From: Nanobdellota archaeon
GTDB lineage: Archaea > Nanobdellota > Nanobdellia > Woesearchaeales > GW2011-AR4
DNA length: 64,000 bases
Reading direction: 5' to 3'
NCBI GenBank assembly: GCA_022564635.1
Contig: JADFLA010000001.1
Span: 7,041 to 71,040, forward strand
In this document: piece by piece, positions 48,957 through 57,766 of the stretch
Numbering within the stretch: position 1 is the first letter of the stretch
Layout: the number at the start of each line of letters is the position of its first letter
Made by a program: the position numbers and the translations under genes
Notes under the pieces: generated by a model
Databases searched by the model: none
What the model saw: the letters and a program-made list of their open reading frames with translations, nothing else
Told to the model about the DNA's origin: nothing

Positions 48957-49460
48957 TTACTTCCCAAACACCCCAACAAAAACCTCTTTAGGAATCTCAA
49001 TACCAGCCTCCACAAAACATTTTGCCAAATAATAACTATCATTAGAATTAATATTAAATAATCTTCCTAAGGTAAAACTATTCAAAAAACCCTCATTCAT
49101 TCTCAAACTAATCTCTTTCTTTCCCTTCATAATTTTTTTATTAGTGAAATCAATGATAAATTCTTTATTGTTAATATTGTGCCTAAACAACTCCCATTCC
49201 ACCAAATCCCTAAATATCTTATTTTTATTATTATTTTTTAAGTATTGCTCTAAATTGTTAATATTTTTAAATGAAAAAAAATCAATGTCTTTTTCCTTAT
49301 TGAACCTATACACCCTGCCTAAATACTTAGAAACTTTCTGCCTAGGACCCTTATTTTTGCCTTTATGCCTTCTTTTATACCATTTGTTCTCAACAAGATA
49401 AGCATACTCCTTGCCAGCAATTTTCTTGACCCTAATAAAGCTCATATATGATTTAGGCAC
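48957..49460 (-). CDS. hypothetical basic protein
   Basis: ORF only; K/N-rich. Confidence 0.3.
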   Translation of the reverse strand: MPKSYMSFIRVKKIAGKEYAYLVENKWYKRRHKGKNKGPRQKVSKYLGRVYRFNKEKDIDFFSFKNINNLEQYLKNNNKNKIFRDLVEWELFRHNINNKEFIIDFTNKKIMKGKKEISLRMNEGFLNSFTLGRLFNINSNDSYYLAKCFVEAGIEIPKEVFVGVFGK

Positions 49461-49525
49461 TATACTACTTTATATTATTTTCTGAAAGATTTAAAAATTG
49501 ATAGTAATTCTTTGAAGTTATTAAG

Positions 49526-50569
49526 ATGATTCAGCTACAACCATTAATGCATGTTGAACGTACCATAATAGATAAAGGTACATTTACAGTTCAATTAGAT
49601 ATTCCTTATGGATCAACATTAACACAACCAGAAATAGAAAGAATAATGGCAATGAGTTCTTGGCAAATCGATCCTAATAAAAATATTGATGATTACGAAG
49701 GTGGACGTGGAGTTAAATTTCAAAGAGATAATCCAATTGACAAGAGAGGTTTGGAACTTGCAGCTTTGTATATTTCTGGGATAGGTTATAGGCCCATGAC
49801 CATTGAAGAGAAACTAGGATATGTTGAGAAAGATGCCTTACTTCTTCCACCATGTAAGGAAAATTTCATGGACCATGTAGTATATGATGGGGCGATGATG
49901 TCAGCACATTATGAAAATGGAGTAATAATTGAGTCTAAACCAGAATTTAGAGCCTTAGGAACTTACACAGCTAGCGAGTTGGAAACAAAAGTGGCCAATA
50001 CTGCACTGGTTTCAGGATTACCCCTATCTAATGCGAGAGTTCCACACATCGAGGCTTATGGAAGATACCTAGATACAAGCCTTTCTGATGAAAACGGAAA
50101 TTATGGTTTTATAGTTTTTCCCATACCGCAAGTAAGAATAAAAAGAGCTGACGAAGTTATTCAACATTCTCTGTTGCAACATATTTCGACTAGTAATCAA
50201 ATTAGTTCAATCGATTTTATGAATATAACACATCCATTCATGAGTAGCGCAATTAGAGGTCTATTGGATGTGCATAAAAATGGAGTCGTCCACTTACAAC
50301 CCCATTTAGGGAACTTTTATGTTGTAGGTATTCCAGAACAAAAAATGAATATGCCTTACTTTTTGGATTGGCATACAATGAGAACTCTAGGGAATGATTT
50401 TATGGATAATATACTAAATGTGGGAGTTGATTTGGATGCACTCATACATTCATTTCATATACTTTTTGCAAAATTTTTCACAGAGGTTACACAAGAGGAG
50501 AGAAGGAAATTTGAAGAAGTCACTAAAACATCTTTTATTGGATTATACACTAAGCTTCTTAAAGCATAA
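49526..50569 (+). CDS. hypothetical protein (GC-richer than flanks)
   Basis: 347-aa ORF without recognisable motifs; composition differs from neighbours. Confidence 0.35.
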   Translation: MIQLQPLMHVERTIIDKGTFTVQLDIPYGSTLTQPEIERIMAMSSWQIDPNKNIDDYEGGRGVKFQRDNPIDKRGLELAALYISGIGYRPMTIEEKLGYVEKDALLLPPCKENFMDHVVYDGAMMSAHYENGVIIESKPEFRALGTYTASELETKVANTALVSGLPLSNARVPHIEAYGRYLDTSLSDENGNYGFIVFPIPQVRIKRADEVIQHSLLQHISTSNQISSIDFMNITHPFMSSAIRGLLDVHKNGVVHLQPHLGNFYVVGIPEQKMNMPYFLDWHTMRTLGNDFMDNILNVGVDLDALIHSFHILFAKFFTEVTQEERRKFEEVTKTSFIGLYTKLLKA

Positions 50570-50659
50570 AGTATACCTATATTTCAACTTAGGCACTATA
50601 GAATATTTAATACTTTCCTTTTGTAGAAGCCTTAAAAACCAAGAATTTAGCCTTTTTAG

Positions 50660-50947
50660 CTATCTAATAGCAGACATTTCTTTCTTGAATCTCTCGGTAA
50701 GCTTCTTTAGCCTTCCCACAGCACTACCTAAGGCAGCTCTTGGACTTGCATCACCATCAGTTTCCAATATAAATTTAGGTTTGCTAACCTGGGGATGTTT
50801 AATAGCATAAGTAGCAACCTTAACATGGCTATCATTCCATAACTCATTCTTCAAAATATTGAGATAAGTATGACCCATACCTTCTATTTCAAAAACAAAC
50901 CTATTTTTCTTATCATCAACAACATCGATTTCCATAAAAACCAGCAA
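50660..50947 (-). CDS. rpoL: DNA-directed RNA polymerase subunit L (Rpo11)
   Basis: EIEGMGHTYLNILKNEL…VATYAIKHP…AALGSAV collinear with Rpo11/RpoL. Confidence 0.75.
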   Translation of the reverse strand: MLVFMEIDVVDDKKNRFVFEIEGMGHTYLNILKNELWNDSHVKVATYAIKHPQVSKPKFILETDGDASPRAALGSAVGRLKKLTERFKKEMSAIR

Positions 50948-51168
50948 CTTTGTTTTATTTAAATATGTTTTGCTTTCAAAATCATTATTTTAATTATTTT
51001 TAACAATTTAATAATTATTTTTTATTAATCTCCATCGTTTAATTTTTATTTTTAAAATTTTTATTATTAAATTCTTCTTTATTGTATTTTATTGAAATAT
51101 TGTTTGATTCCTATTGTTTTTTTCATTATTGAACTCTTTTTTTTTCGACGACAAAATCAAAAAACAAT

Positions 51169-51819
51169 TTATCGCTTCTCCATCCTAAAACAGCTGACAT
51201 CTATACGCTTAATTTTCCTTGTATGGTGCTTCATAGTAGCTTTCAAAGACCATTTAAAGTCAAAAATATCAGTAATTTCGAACCCATTATCCTTAGAAAA
51301 GCTCTCTACAAATTTTTTTGTTCCAGATTTATGAAAACTATAAACAATTTTACCAATTTCAAAGGCTTTTTTTAAAAAAATCTTGTCAATATGCCTCACT
51401 TTAGTTCCGAACGGAGGGTTCTGCACTACTAGATCTACCGGCTCATTAAAATCACCAATATCTTGACAGATAAATACTGCTTCTCCATCAATATTATACT
51501 CACTATTCAATTTTGCTAGGTTTTCCCTAGCTATACCTATCACTTTCTGATCTGAATCAACAAAATACACTTTATCAGCCCCCAAGACCAATAACCCAAT
51601 ACCTAGGATCCCAGTACCACACCCCAGATCAACACTCACTTTTACCATATCTCCCTTCATATACACATTCCATAACACTTCAGCAGCTATTTCAGGGTCT
51701 GTAGAGTACTGCTCAACCCTCACTTTTGGCCCTTTGAAGCCTTCTAAGCCTGACAATAGTACTGCCAAGGCCTTCTGTGACCCTATTTTGCCCTTATATG
51801 AACTCTCACTTTTTGCCAT
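51169..51819 (-). CDS. NPPF-motif class I methyltransferase (COG2263-like putative RNA/protein methylase)
   Basis: SAM motif VDLGCGTGILGI, catalytic VVQNPPFG. Confidence 0.7.
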   Translation of the reverse strand: MAKSESSYKGKIGSQKALAVLLSGLEGFKGPKVRVEQYSTDPEIAAEVLWNVYMKGDMVKVSVDLGCGTGILGIGLLVLGADKVYFVDSDQKVIGIARENLAKLNSEYNIDGEAVFICQDIGDFNEPVDLVVQNPPFGTKVRHIDKIFLKKAFEIGKIVYSFHKSGTKKFVESFSKDNGFEITDIFDFKWSLKATMKHHTRKIKRIDVSCFRMEKR

Positions 51820-52093
51820 TTTTACCCTATTTTAGCCATTATTTGACGCTCTAAAGCCCCTTCTGAACCCTTCACATTTGATACATTTTTGACCTTTTCC
51901 AGGCCTTCAAAAGCCTTTATGAGCAACTTACTTTCAGGGCTCTTAAAACCACTAATTCCATTGAATTTAAAAACCTTCATTTTTGATCCAAATTTTTGGA
52001 TTACTGATCCATAATTTTTTCTAAAATTTTTTATAATTAATTTTTAATTTACCATTAATTTATTTTTTATTATCAAATTTTTTAATGAATTCA

Positions 52094-52137
52094 TGAAAAT
52101 CGTAGATTTTCAGGACACCAAAAATCTTTGATTTTTG
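52094..52137. repeat. paired-palindrome element copy (plus orientation)
   Basis: tgaaaatc-gta-gattttca + GGACACC + caaaaatc-ttt-gatttttg, followed by GCGTGTT; near-identical to reverse complement of 45921..45964. Confidence 0.8.
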
Positions 52138-52196
52138 CGTGTTTTATTATTGTTTTTATTATTGAATTATCCTTTTTTTAATCTCTTTCCAGTCTC

Positions 52197-52317
52197 ATTC
52201 CCACTTAATTCCCATCATATTCCCAATATAATCCCATTTTATTCCCAAATATTTAAACTTTTCGTCTTATATCATTCCCAAATATGTCCCATTATATTCC
52301 CAATATAGTCCCAGAAA
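52197..52317 (+). repeat. 11-bp iteron array: nine ATTCCCAaTAT-like units in two clusters (5 + 4) on a strict 11-bp phase, 45 bp upstream of 52358
   Basis: CCCA cores at 52200, 52211, 52222, 52233, 52244, then 52277, 52288, 52299, 52310 (gap = 3 x 11); two pairs of units identical. Confidence 0.8.
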
Positions 52318-52357
52318 AACGAAATATTTAAATAAAATCTAATATAATAATACAATT

Positions 52358-53002
52358 ATGTTCGGAATTAAGATACAATCAAGCACTGATAAAAAACTAT
52401 CTCAAATGCAAAACCTTTTGATGAGATCCTTTTCTAATGTAAAAAATGACACCCAAAAACTCTTCCAATGGCTTAACCACATACATCAAAAAAATCTAGA
52501 CCAAGATAACCAGATAAAGCAGCTACAGCTAGAGCTGTCCTACATCCCAAAAAAACCAGAGGACATCAGAAAGATAATAGACAGCTATTATTCTTTTGAC
52601 AATCTTACAGAGAGGATAAAGATGCTAAATGAGAGGATAGACAGCATATCTGGAGGAAGAAGTGAGACTTACACACAAGCAATGCATCCAGAAATCAGCG
52701 AAATAGAATCCCGACTAACACAGCTAGAAGAGCAAAAAAAAGCAACAATAAGGGAAAAAGTAGTAAAAAGAGTCACAAGAAACTCAAAAGAATACGTAAA
52801 GCAACTAATGCTCTCCTACATTAGAAAATACACCCAAATAGGAGCCTTACAGCTAAAGGACATGATAGTTTATGACCAGGGTTTGTGCTCAAAAAGCTCA
52901 TTTTACAGGCTTTTAGACGAGATTGAAGCCCTAGATGATATAGGGATAGTAAAGAAAGGCAAGCAAAAGTACTATCTTTATAAACAAATAAAAGAGCAAT
53001 AA
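52358..53002 (+). CDS. hypothetical coiled-coil protein with C-terminal winged-helix-like domain
   Basis: heptad-rich N-terminus; C-terminal …LCSKSSFYRLLDEIEALDDIGIVKKGKQKYY wHTH-like. Confidence 0.4.
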   Translation: MFGIKIQSSTDKKLSQMQNLLMRSFSNVKNDTQKLFQWLNHIHQKNLDQDNQIKQLQLELSYIPKKPEDIRKIIDSYYSFDNLTERIKMLNERIDSISGGRSETYTQAMHPEISEIESRLTQLEEQKKATIREKVVKRVTRNSKEYVKQLMLSYIRKYTQIGALQLKDMIVYDQGLCSKSSFYRLLDEIEALDDIGIVKKGKQKYYLYKQIKEQ

Positions 53003-53070
53003 GTATGTTTAAACTAATATTTTACAAAATATAAATCTATTTAAACAAACTCTTTTAACAAAATTCTGGG

Positions 53071-53637
53071 GTGGTAATGATTTTTGACGAGTTTTTCAAG
53101 CAAAGAAAGCGCTATTTCTCAAAAAAGCCAAAAAACAACGATCTTGAGCTAAAAGAAAAATTAAAAGGCATTAAAAAGGAATTAAACGGGCATTTAGACG
53201 CTATTAACGAAAACACAAGCGAGATACAAACAAGCTATGAGTGCATGAATGAGATCAATGACAAGTTAGAAAAATTGACAGAAAGGGTAGAGGCAATAGA
53301 AATTTACCTCCAACAATACTCAAATTTCAACGCTGTAGAAAAAAGCTTTGACATAAAACCATTAACAAAAACAGAACAACATGTTTTCCTAGTTATTTAT
53401 GCCTTAGAGGACGAAAAAGGCCTTGTTTCTTATCCAGATATAATCAAAAAAACTGGTTTGCCCAGCTATGTTGTAAGTGAGTATATCGCAAGATTAGTAG
53501 AAAAAGGAATTCCATTATTAAAGAAATATGTAAATAACTTATCATATATAAAACTGAACCCCGAGTTTAAACGCTTGCAAGCAAAAGAAAATATCCTGAT
53601 GATAGACACAGCACAAAAAGAATTGGTTAATTTTTAA
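53071..53637 (+). CDS. hypothetical coiled-coil protein with C-terminal winged-helix-like domain (similar architecture to upstream gene)
   Basis: coiled-coil N-terminus; …LTKTEQHVFLVIYALEDEKGLVSYPDIIKKTGLPSYVVSEYIARLVEKG wHTH-like. Confidence 0.4.
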   Translation: MVMIFDEFFKQRKRYFSKKPKNNDLELKEKLKGIKKELNGHLDAINENTSEIQTSYECMNEINDKLEKLTERVEAIEIYLQQYSNFNAVEKSFDIKPLTKTEQHVFLVIYALEDEKGLVSYPDIIKKTGLPSYVVSEYIARLVEKGIPLLKKYVNNLSYIKLNPEFKRLQAKENILMIDTAQKELVNF

Positions 53638-53827
53638 CTTAAAATTTTTAATCAGTTCTTAAAACTTTTAATTCACACAATTCTTATATATTTTAGTTAT
53701 TGATTAAATATTTTAATTATTCTTAATACATTAATTTCTATATTGAAAAATAAAATTTAGACTATTGGAACTGAACTATTACTAGATCAGTAAAAACATA
53801 GAAACTTATTTTTGAGTATATATTGTG

Positions 53828-54574
53828 TTAATACAAATCCCTAAAGCTGAAAGAACCGTACAGATTAGTCCGTCTAAATTGAGAAACTAATGCCCTTAAC
53901 TCTTCTACACCAGGGGTTTCGTCAGAAGCTGACTCTAATGCTTCTTCCGCAAATCCTATTTGTCTAGAGAAATCAGTAGGATCTGTAAGGACTTTTGGTT
54001 CATATATACCAGACCCTGGTTTTATGTAAGATCTTACTAAATCCATAAATTCCCTTACAATATGTGAAAAATCACCATTATCCCTTACTTCATCTGTAAT
54101 ATCTGCCCAACTCCCCCTTATTTGCTCACTACCTTCTCTTTCTAATAATTTTTCTGGTTGATAAATCTGCGGATCAAACTTACTTCCCTTTTCCGTCATA
54201 GTATAAAATTTTTCCGCCATTTCTTCAATTGTTGGTGTAACAAAAACAGAAAAACCAAAAAAAGGACCTCTCACATCATCTTTAGATTCTGCCCCATAAG
54301 ACATAGGCCTTTGTAAGCCCCACAGTACATTAAAAAGTCCTCTATGAGATTCTTGATGATCAGAAAATTCAGTTCCAAATGCATTTTCAGCTCTCAAGTC
54401 ACAAAGTTCCTGATAAAAAGTAGCCATTCCACGAGCATCTTGGATCGTTCCTAATTTTTGAGCCAAATCAGGCATACCCTTTTCTTTTAAATAGTCCATT
54501 GGCTTATTTAATATAGTTCCTTGATCTTGAGTCATTGTATTTTCACCCCAATACGAACCATTAAAGTATAGCAA
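53828..54574 (-). CDS. hypothetical protein (GC-rich, probably acquired)
   Basis: ORF only; composition ~40% GC vs ~28% flanks. Confidence 0.35.
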   Translation of the reverse strand: MLYFNGSYWGENTMTQDQGTILNKPMDYLKEKGMPDLAQKLGTIQDARGMATFYQELCDLRAENAFGTEFSDHQESHRGLFNVLWGLQRPMSYGAESKDDVRGPFFGFSVFVTPTIEEMAEKFYTMTEKGSKFDPQIYQPEKLLEREGSEQIRGSWADITDEVRDNGDFSHIVREFMDLVRSYIKPGSGIYEPKVLTDPTDFSRQIGFAEEALESASDETPGVEELRALVSQFRRTNLYGSFSFRDLY

Positions 54575-54953
54575 CTATTTAAATCTTTCGTTTTTGTAGC
54601 CACAGTAAAGTGGTGAATAAAGTATCAAAATTAAAGGGTGGGCGGAGGCTTGAGTCATTCACTCAGTTCTGAGCACGGTGGTGGGTAACATTATTATTTT
54701 TATTGAATTTTAATTATTGTAAGCATTATCAACTTTACACTCAAATGCAACATTTTAGATAAAAAATCCAACTTTCACTTCAAAATCAACATCAGCAATG
54801 GAAAAATTTTATTGTAGCCTTGCTTAATCCTCAAAAACTAAAAATCTAATGCAAAAATATTTATACTCATTCCAATAAGGCTGTTAACACGTTCCAATAA
54901 GGGAACCCATACTGGAATGGTTAAAGGTCAAAAATTCGTAGGTTTTAAGGGCT

Positions 54954-55688
54954 ATGACTGAAAAAGTAGGCATTTATGTGCGTGTTTCAACTGAGGAGCA
55001 AGCAAAAGAAGGAATAAGTGTAGATGCGCAGATAGATAGGTGTAAGGCTTTTTGTAAAGCAAGGGCTTGGAAAGTATTTAGAATTTATACTGATGCTGGT
55101 TATTCAGCTGGATCAATGGATAGGCCTGCATTGAAGAATTTGTTTGATGATATTACCAATAAAAAAATTAATATTTTGCTGGTTTACAAAATTGACAGAT
55201 TTTCAAGAAAACTAAAGGATTTGATATCTATATTGGAGGACCTACAATCAAAAGGTGTTAACTTCACATCTGTTACTGAGCAGATCGATACAACAACAGC
55301 AATGGGGGAAGCCTTTTTCCAGATAATTGGTGTTTTTGCGCAACTTGAAAGAGGTATGGTAAAAGAAAGAGTTGAAATGGCTTTTGATAAAAAGATTAGT
55401 TCTGGTGAAATTCTTAATAGGGCTCCAATGGGTTATGTTTATAGAAATGGCAAGCTTTTCGTAAATGAGGAAGAGGCAGAGAAAGTTAGAGAAATCTTCA
55501 ATATGTGGGCAACTGGGATCAATTACAAAGAAATAGCTAAAAAATTCAATATTCCGGTTTCAACATTGTATGAAATTGTTAAGAATCCTACTTATATCGG
55601 AAAAGTAAAATATAGGAATAAATTATATGGTGGGGTTCATAAAGGCATTATTGATGAAGAATTATTCCAAAAAGTAAATGGTAAGTAA
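54954..55688 (+). CDS. serine recombinase (resolvase catalytic domain + partial recombinase domain; probably 3'-truncated large serine recombinase)
   Basis: GIYVRVSTEEQ (catalytic Ser), DRFSR, then recombinase-domain start APMGYVYRNGKLFVNEEEAEKVREIFNMW…; lacks zinc-ribbon/coiled-coil C-terminus. Confidence 0.75.
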   Translation: MTEKVGIYVRVSTEEQAKEGISVDAQIDRCKAFCKARAWKVFRIYTDAGYSAGSMDRPALKNLFDDITNKKINILLVYKIDRFSRKLKDLISILEDLQSKGVNFTSVTEQIDTTTAMGEAFFQIIGVFAQLERGMVKERVEMAFDKKISSGEILNRAPMGYVYRNGKLFVNEEEAEKVREIFNMWATGINYKEIAKKFNIPVSTLYEIVKNPTYIGKVKYRNKLYGGVHKGIIDEELFQKVNGK

Positions 55689-56035
55689 CCGTATCCAAGC
55701 GATTTTCATGATAGTCTATTAAATCTGATAAGATTTTTCCTTATAAGTCCAGGCAAAGCAAAAGTTCACATAATATACATTAGATGACGTTTTGCCCTGC
55801 CACGATTAATAGAACATTCTTTTCAGAACGAATAGACTGATAGATTATGAGGTTTGATATATTGATTACAATACGAAAATTACAATAATTCATTAAATTT
55901 TGATTCAATAAAAAAATTACAATGATCCTATCATGTCGTCATTCCACCACCCCCACCTTTTTATTTACTACTAAATAATGATTAAAAATAGAAAGATTTA
56001 TATACTAGTAGATCCTATTTCTTACAGTCAACAAA

Positions 56036-56959
56036 ATGTCAGAAACTGAAGATCTAAAACGTAGAGTAATGGAAGAGTATGTACAAATTATTAGCCCCGT
56101 TGTTGGGGAAAATACGGCATTAGCTAATAGATTAACTTCCGACTTAGATGGAATTCTTGATAGAGAATTAGGAAAATTACCCGATAATGAAGCTATTAAA
56201 GAACCAGCTGAAGTGTCGCAGTTAGATTATTCAAGATTAGGCCCTGTTACAAATGATGGCAATAGATATACTCTTGCTCAAATTTTGGAAATGCGTATCG
56301 ACATATTTGCTGAAAGACATACTGGGATTGATGGTACAGATAAAAGTATTTTGCATAATTATTTTAATCAAGTAGCGAAAGGTCATATTAAGGGTACCTC
56401 GTGGGATAGGGCAATGTATGGTTCTCGAGCAGATCATGAGAGAATAAAAAATCCAATTAGTAAAACTAAGGAACAAGCATTAGACTTTATTGGAGTTACA
56501 GAAGAAATGTTTGATACAGCTAATGAATTCTTGCAAAAGCATTATGGCATTAGCCTAGGGACAAAGATTGATGAAGTAGAATTAGCTCGAAATAAAGAAC
56601 TTACAGATGCACGAGAACTGTACACGACACAAGGCCCGTGTATGGAAGACGGACAGAGATATACAACTGCTCAAATCTTGGGTATGGACCTAAATTATTT
56701 TTTACGAACACATAGGGATTCTTTGAAACAAGAGGGTGTACAATCATTAATGACCAAATACTTTCACCAAGTAGATAGTCACAGCCAGCTAGAATGGGGA
56801 GACCTAACAAAAGTTATAGATGCAATTCAAATCTCGCCATTTGATAGCGGAAACCTGCCGGGCATAGGTAATACAACAATTGAAAAAGTTAACCAATATT
56901 TCCAAAACAATTACGACATCACATTAGGAACAAAATTTAGGTTGAGTTCACATAATTAA
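56036..56959 (+). CDS. hypothetical protein with two-fold internal repeat, GC-rich, bracketed by 15-bp inverted repeats
   Basis: repeat units NDGNRYTLAQILEMRIDIF…NYFNQV / EDGQRYTTAQILGMDLNYF…KYFHQV; no catalytic motif recognised. Confidence 0.4.
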   Translation: MSETEDLKRRVMEEYVQIISPVVGENTALANRLTSDLDGILDRELGKLPDNEAIKEPAEVSQLDYSRLGPVTNDGNRYTLAQILEMRIDIFAERHTGIDGTDKSILHNYFNQVAKGHIKGTSWDRAMYGSRADHERIKNPISKTKEQALDFIGVTEEMFDTANEFLQKHYGISLGTKIDEVELARNKELTDARELYTTQGPCMEDGQRYTTAQILGMDLNYFLRTHRDSLKQEGVQSLMTKYFHQVDSHSQLEWGDLTKVIDAIQISPFDSGNLPGIGNTTIEKVNQYFQNNYDITLGTKFRLSSHN

Positions 56960-57431
56960 TCTTAATTCTACTATCAAACCTCATAATCACTTCTCAGCTT
57001 CGCAAAAAGTATTGAACTTTTTACGCAGAGCTCTTCGAGACCTTTTTGTTCCAAAAAGTCGCTGAGAACAAGATACGGCAGGGCAAAACGTGTAACCCCT
57101 TCGGGCATCTAATGCACGCTTTATGGTTCGCTCCTTGTTCGCTCTGAGCTCACAATCTCGTTCAACCTACGTTTTTCTCAACTCTAAAAAAATTCCCACT
57201 CTACAACTTGTGGAATGCCTCAAGTTGTGAGGGCAATTTTATTGAGGAGAAAAACATCATAAAGCTTCCCATTAGGCGAACATTTTGAACTCCACTTTGT
57301 GTTTAATCTACTGATTTAAACCGTAATTTTAGCTTTACCGGTTTCGCAAAAAATTAAGATTTTTTACGTAAACCTTACAGGACGTTTTTCTTTTAACGGT
57401 TCTTTGAGATTACGGAATGTGTGTAAGATAT

Positions 57432-57698
57432 TTAATCCATCTTCAAAAATTCATCAATATATTCCATTATTTTCTCTTTCTTATCCAAATTGATAGACAC
57501 CTGTTTTCCATAACCTGTTTTCTTCAAATGTAATATTCCTTCTTTGATTAATTCTTGTGACATATCTTTGGTTCTTCCTCTCACTTCTGGTGAAAAACCT
57601 TTTGATAAATTATCTAACGCTGTATGACTATGTTCAAACTTTCCCTTACGAGTTAATTTATGCAATATCTTTCCTTTAATTTGATTATCAGTCCACAT
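57432..57698 (-). CDS. small wHTH-like protein (paralogue of 15603..15872), divergent partner of regulator
   Basis: IKGKILHKLTRKG…HTALDNLSKG…TKDMSQELIKEGILHLKKTGYGKQVSINLDKKEK collinear with 15603 product. Confidence 0.45.
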   Translation of the reverse strand: MWTDNQIKGKILHKLTRKGKFEHSHTALDNLSKGFSPEVRGRTKDMSQELIKEGILHLKKTGYGKQVSINLDKKEKIMEYIDEFLKMD

Positions 57699-57727
57699 TA
57701 AAAGTCCACCAAAATAGACTTTGAAAG

Positions 57728-57747
57728 GTAAAGTTTATATACTTTAC
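57728..57747. promoter_or_regulatory. divergent promoter/operator: GTAAAGT-ttatat-ACTTTAC dyad with TATA-like centre, 26 nt upstream of 57767 start
   Basis: 7-bp perfect inverted arms flanking tttatata in the 68-bp intergenic gap between the divergent pair. Confidence 0.5.
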
Positions 57748-57766
57748 TAATAACATTGTTAGTAAG

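Noticed and set aside
52197-52317. Possible CRISPR or minisatellite
   Set aside because: The units are 11 bp with strict helical phasing and no spacers. This is an iteron/operator-type architecture, not CRISPR.
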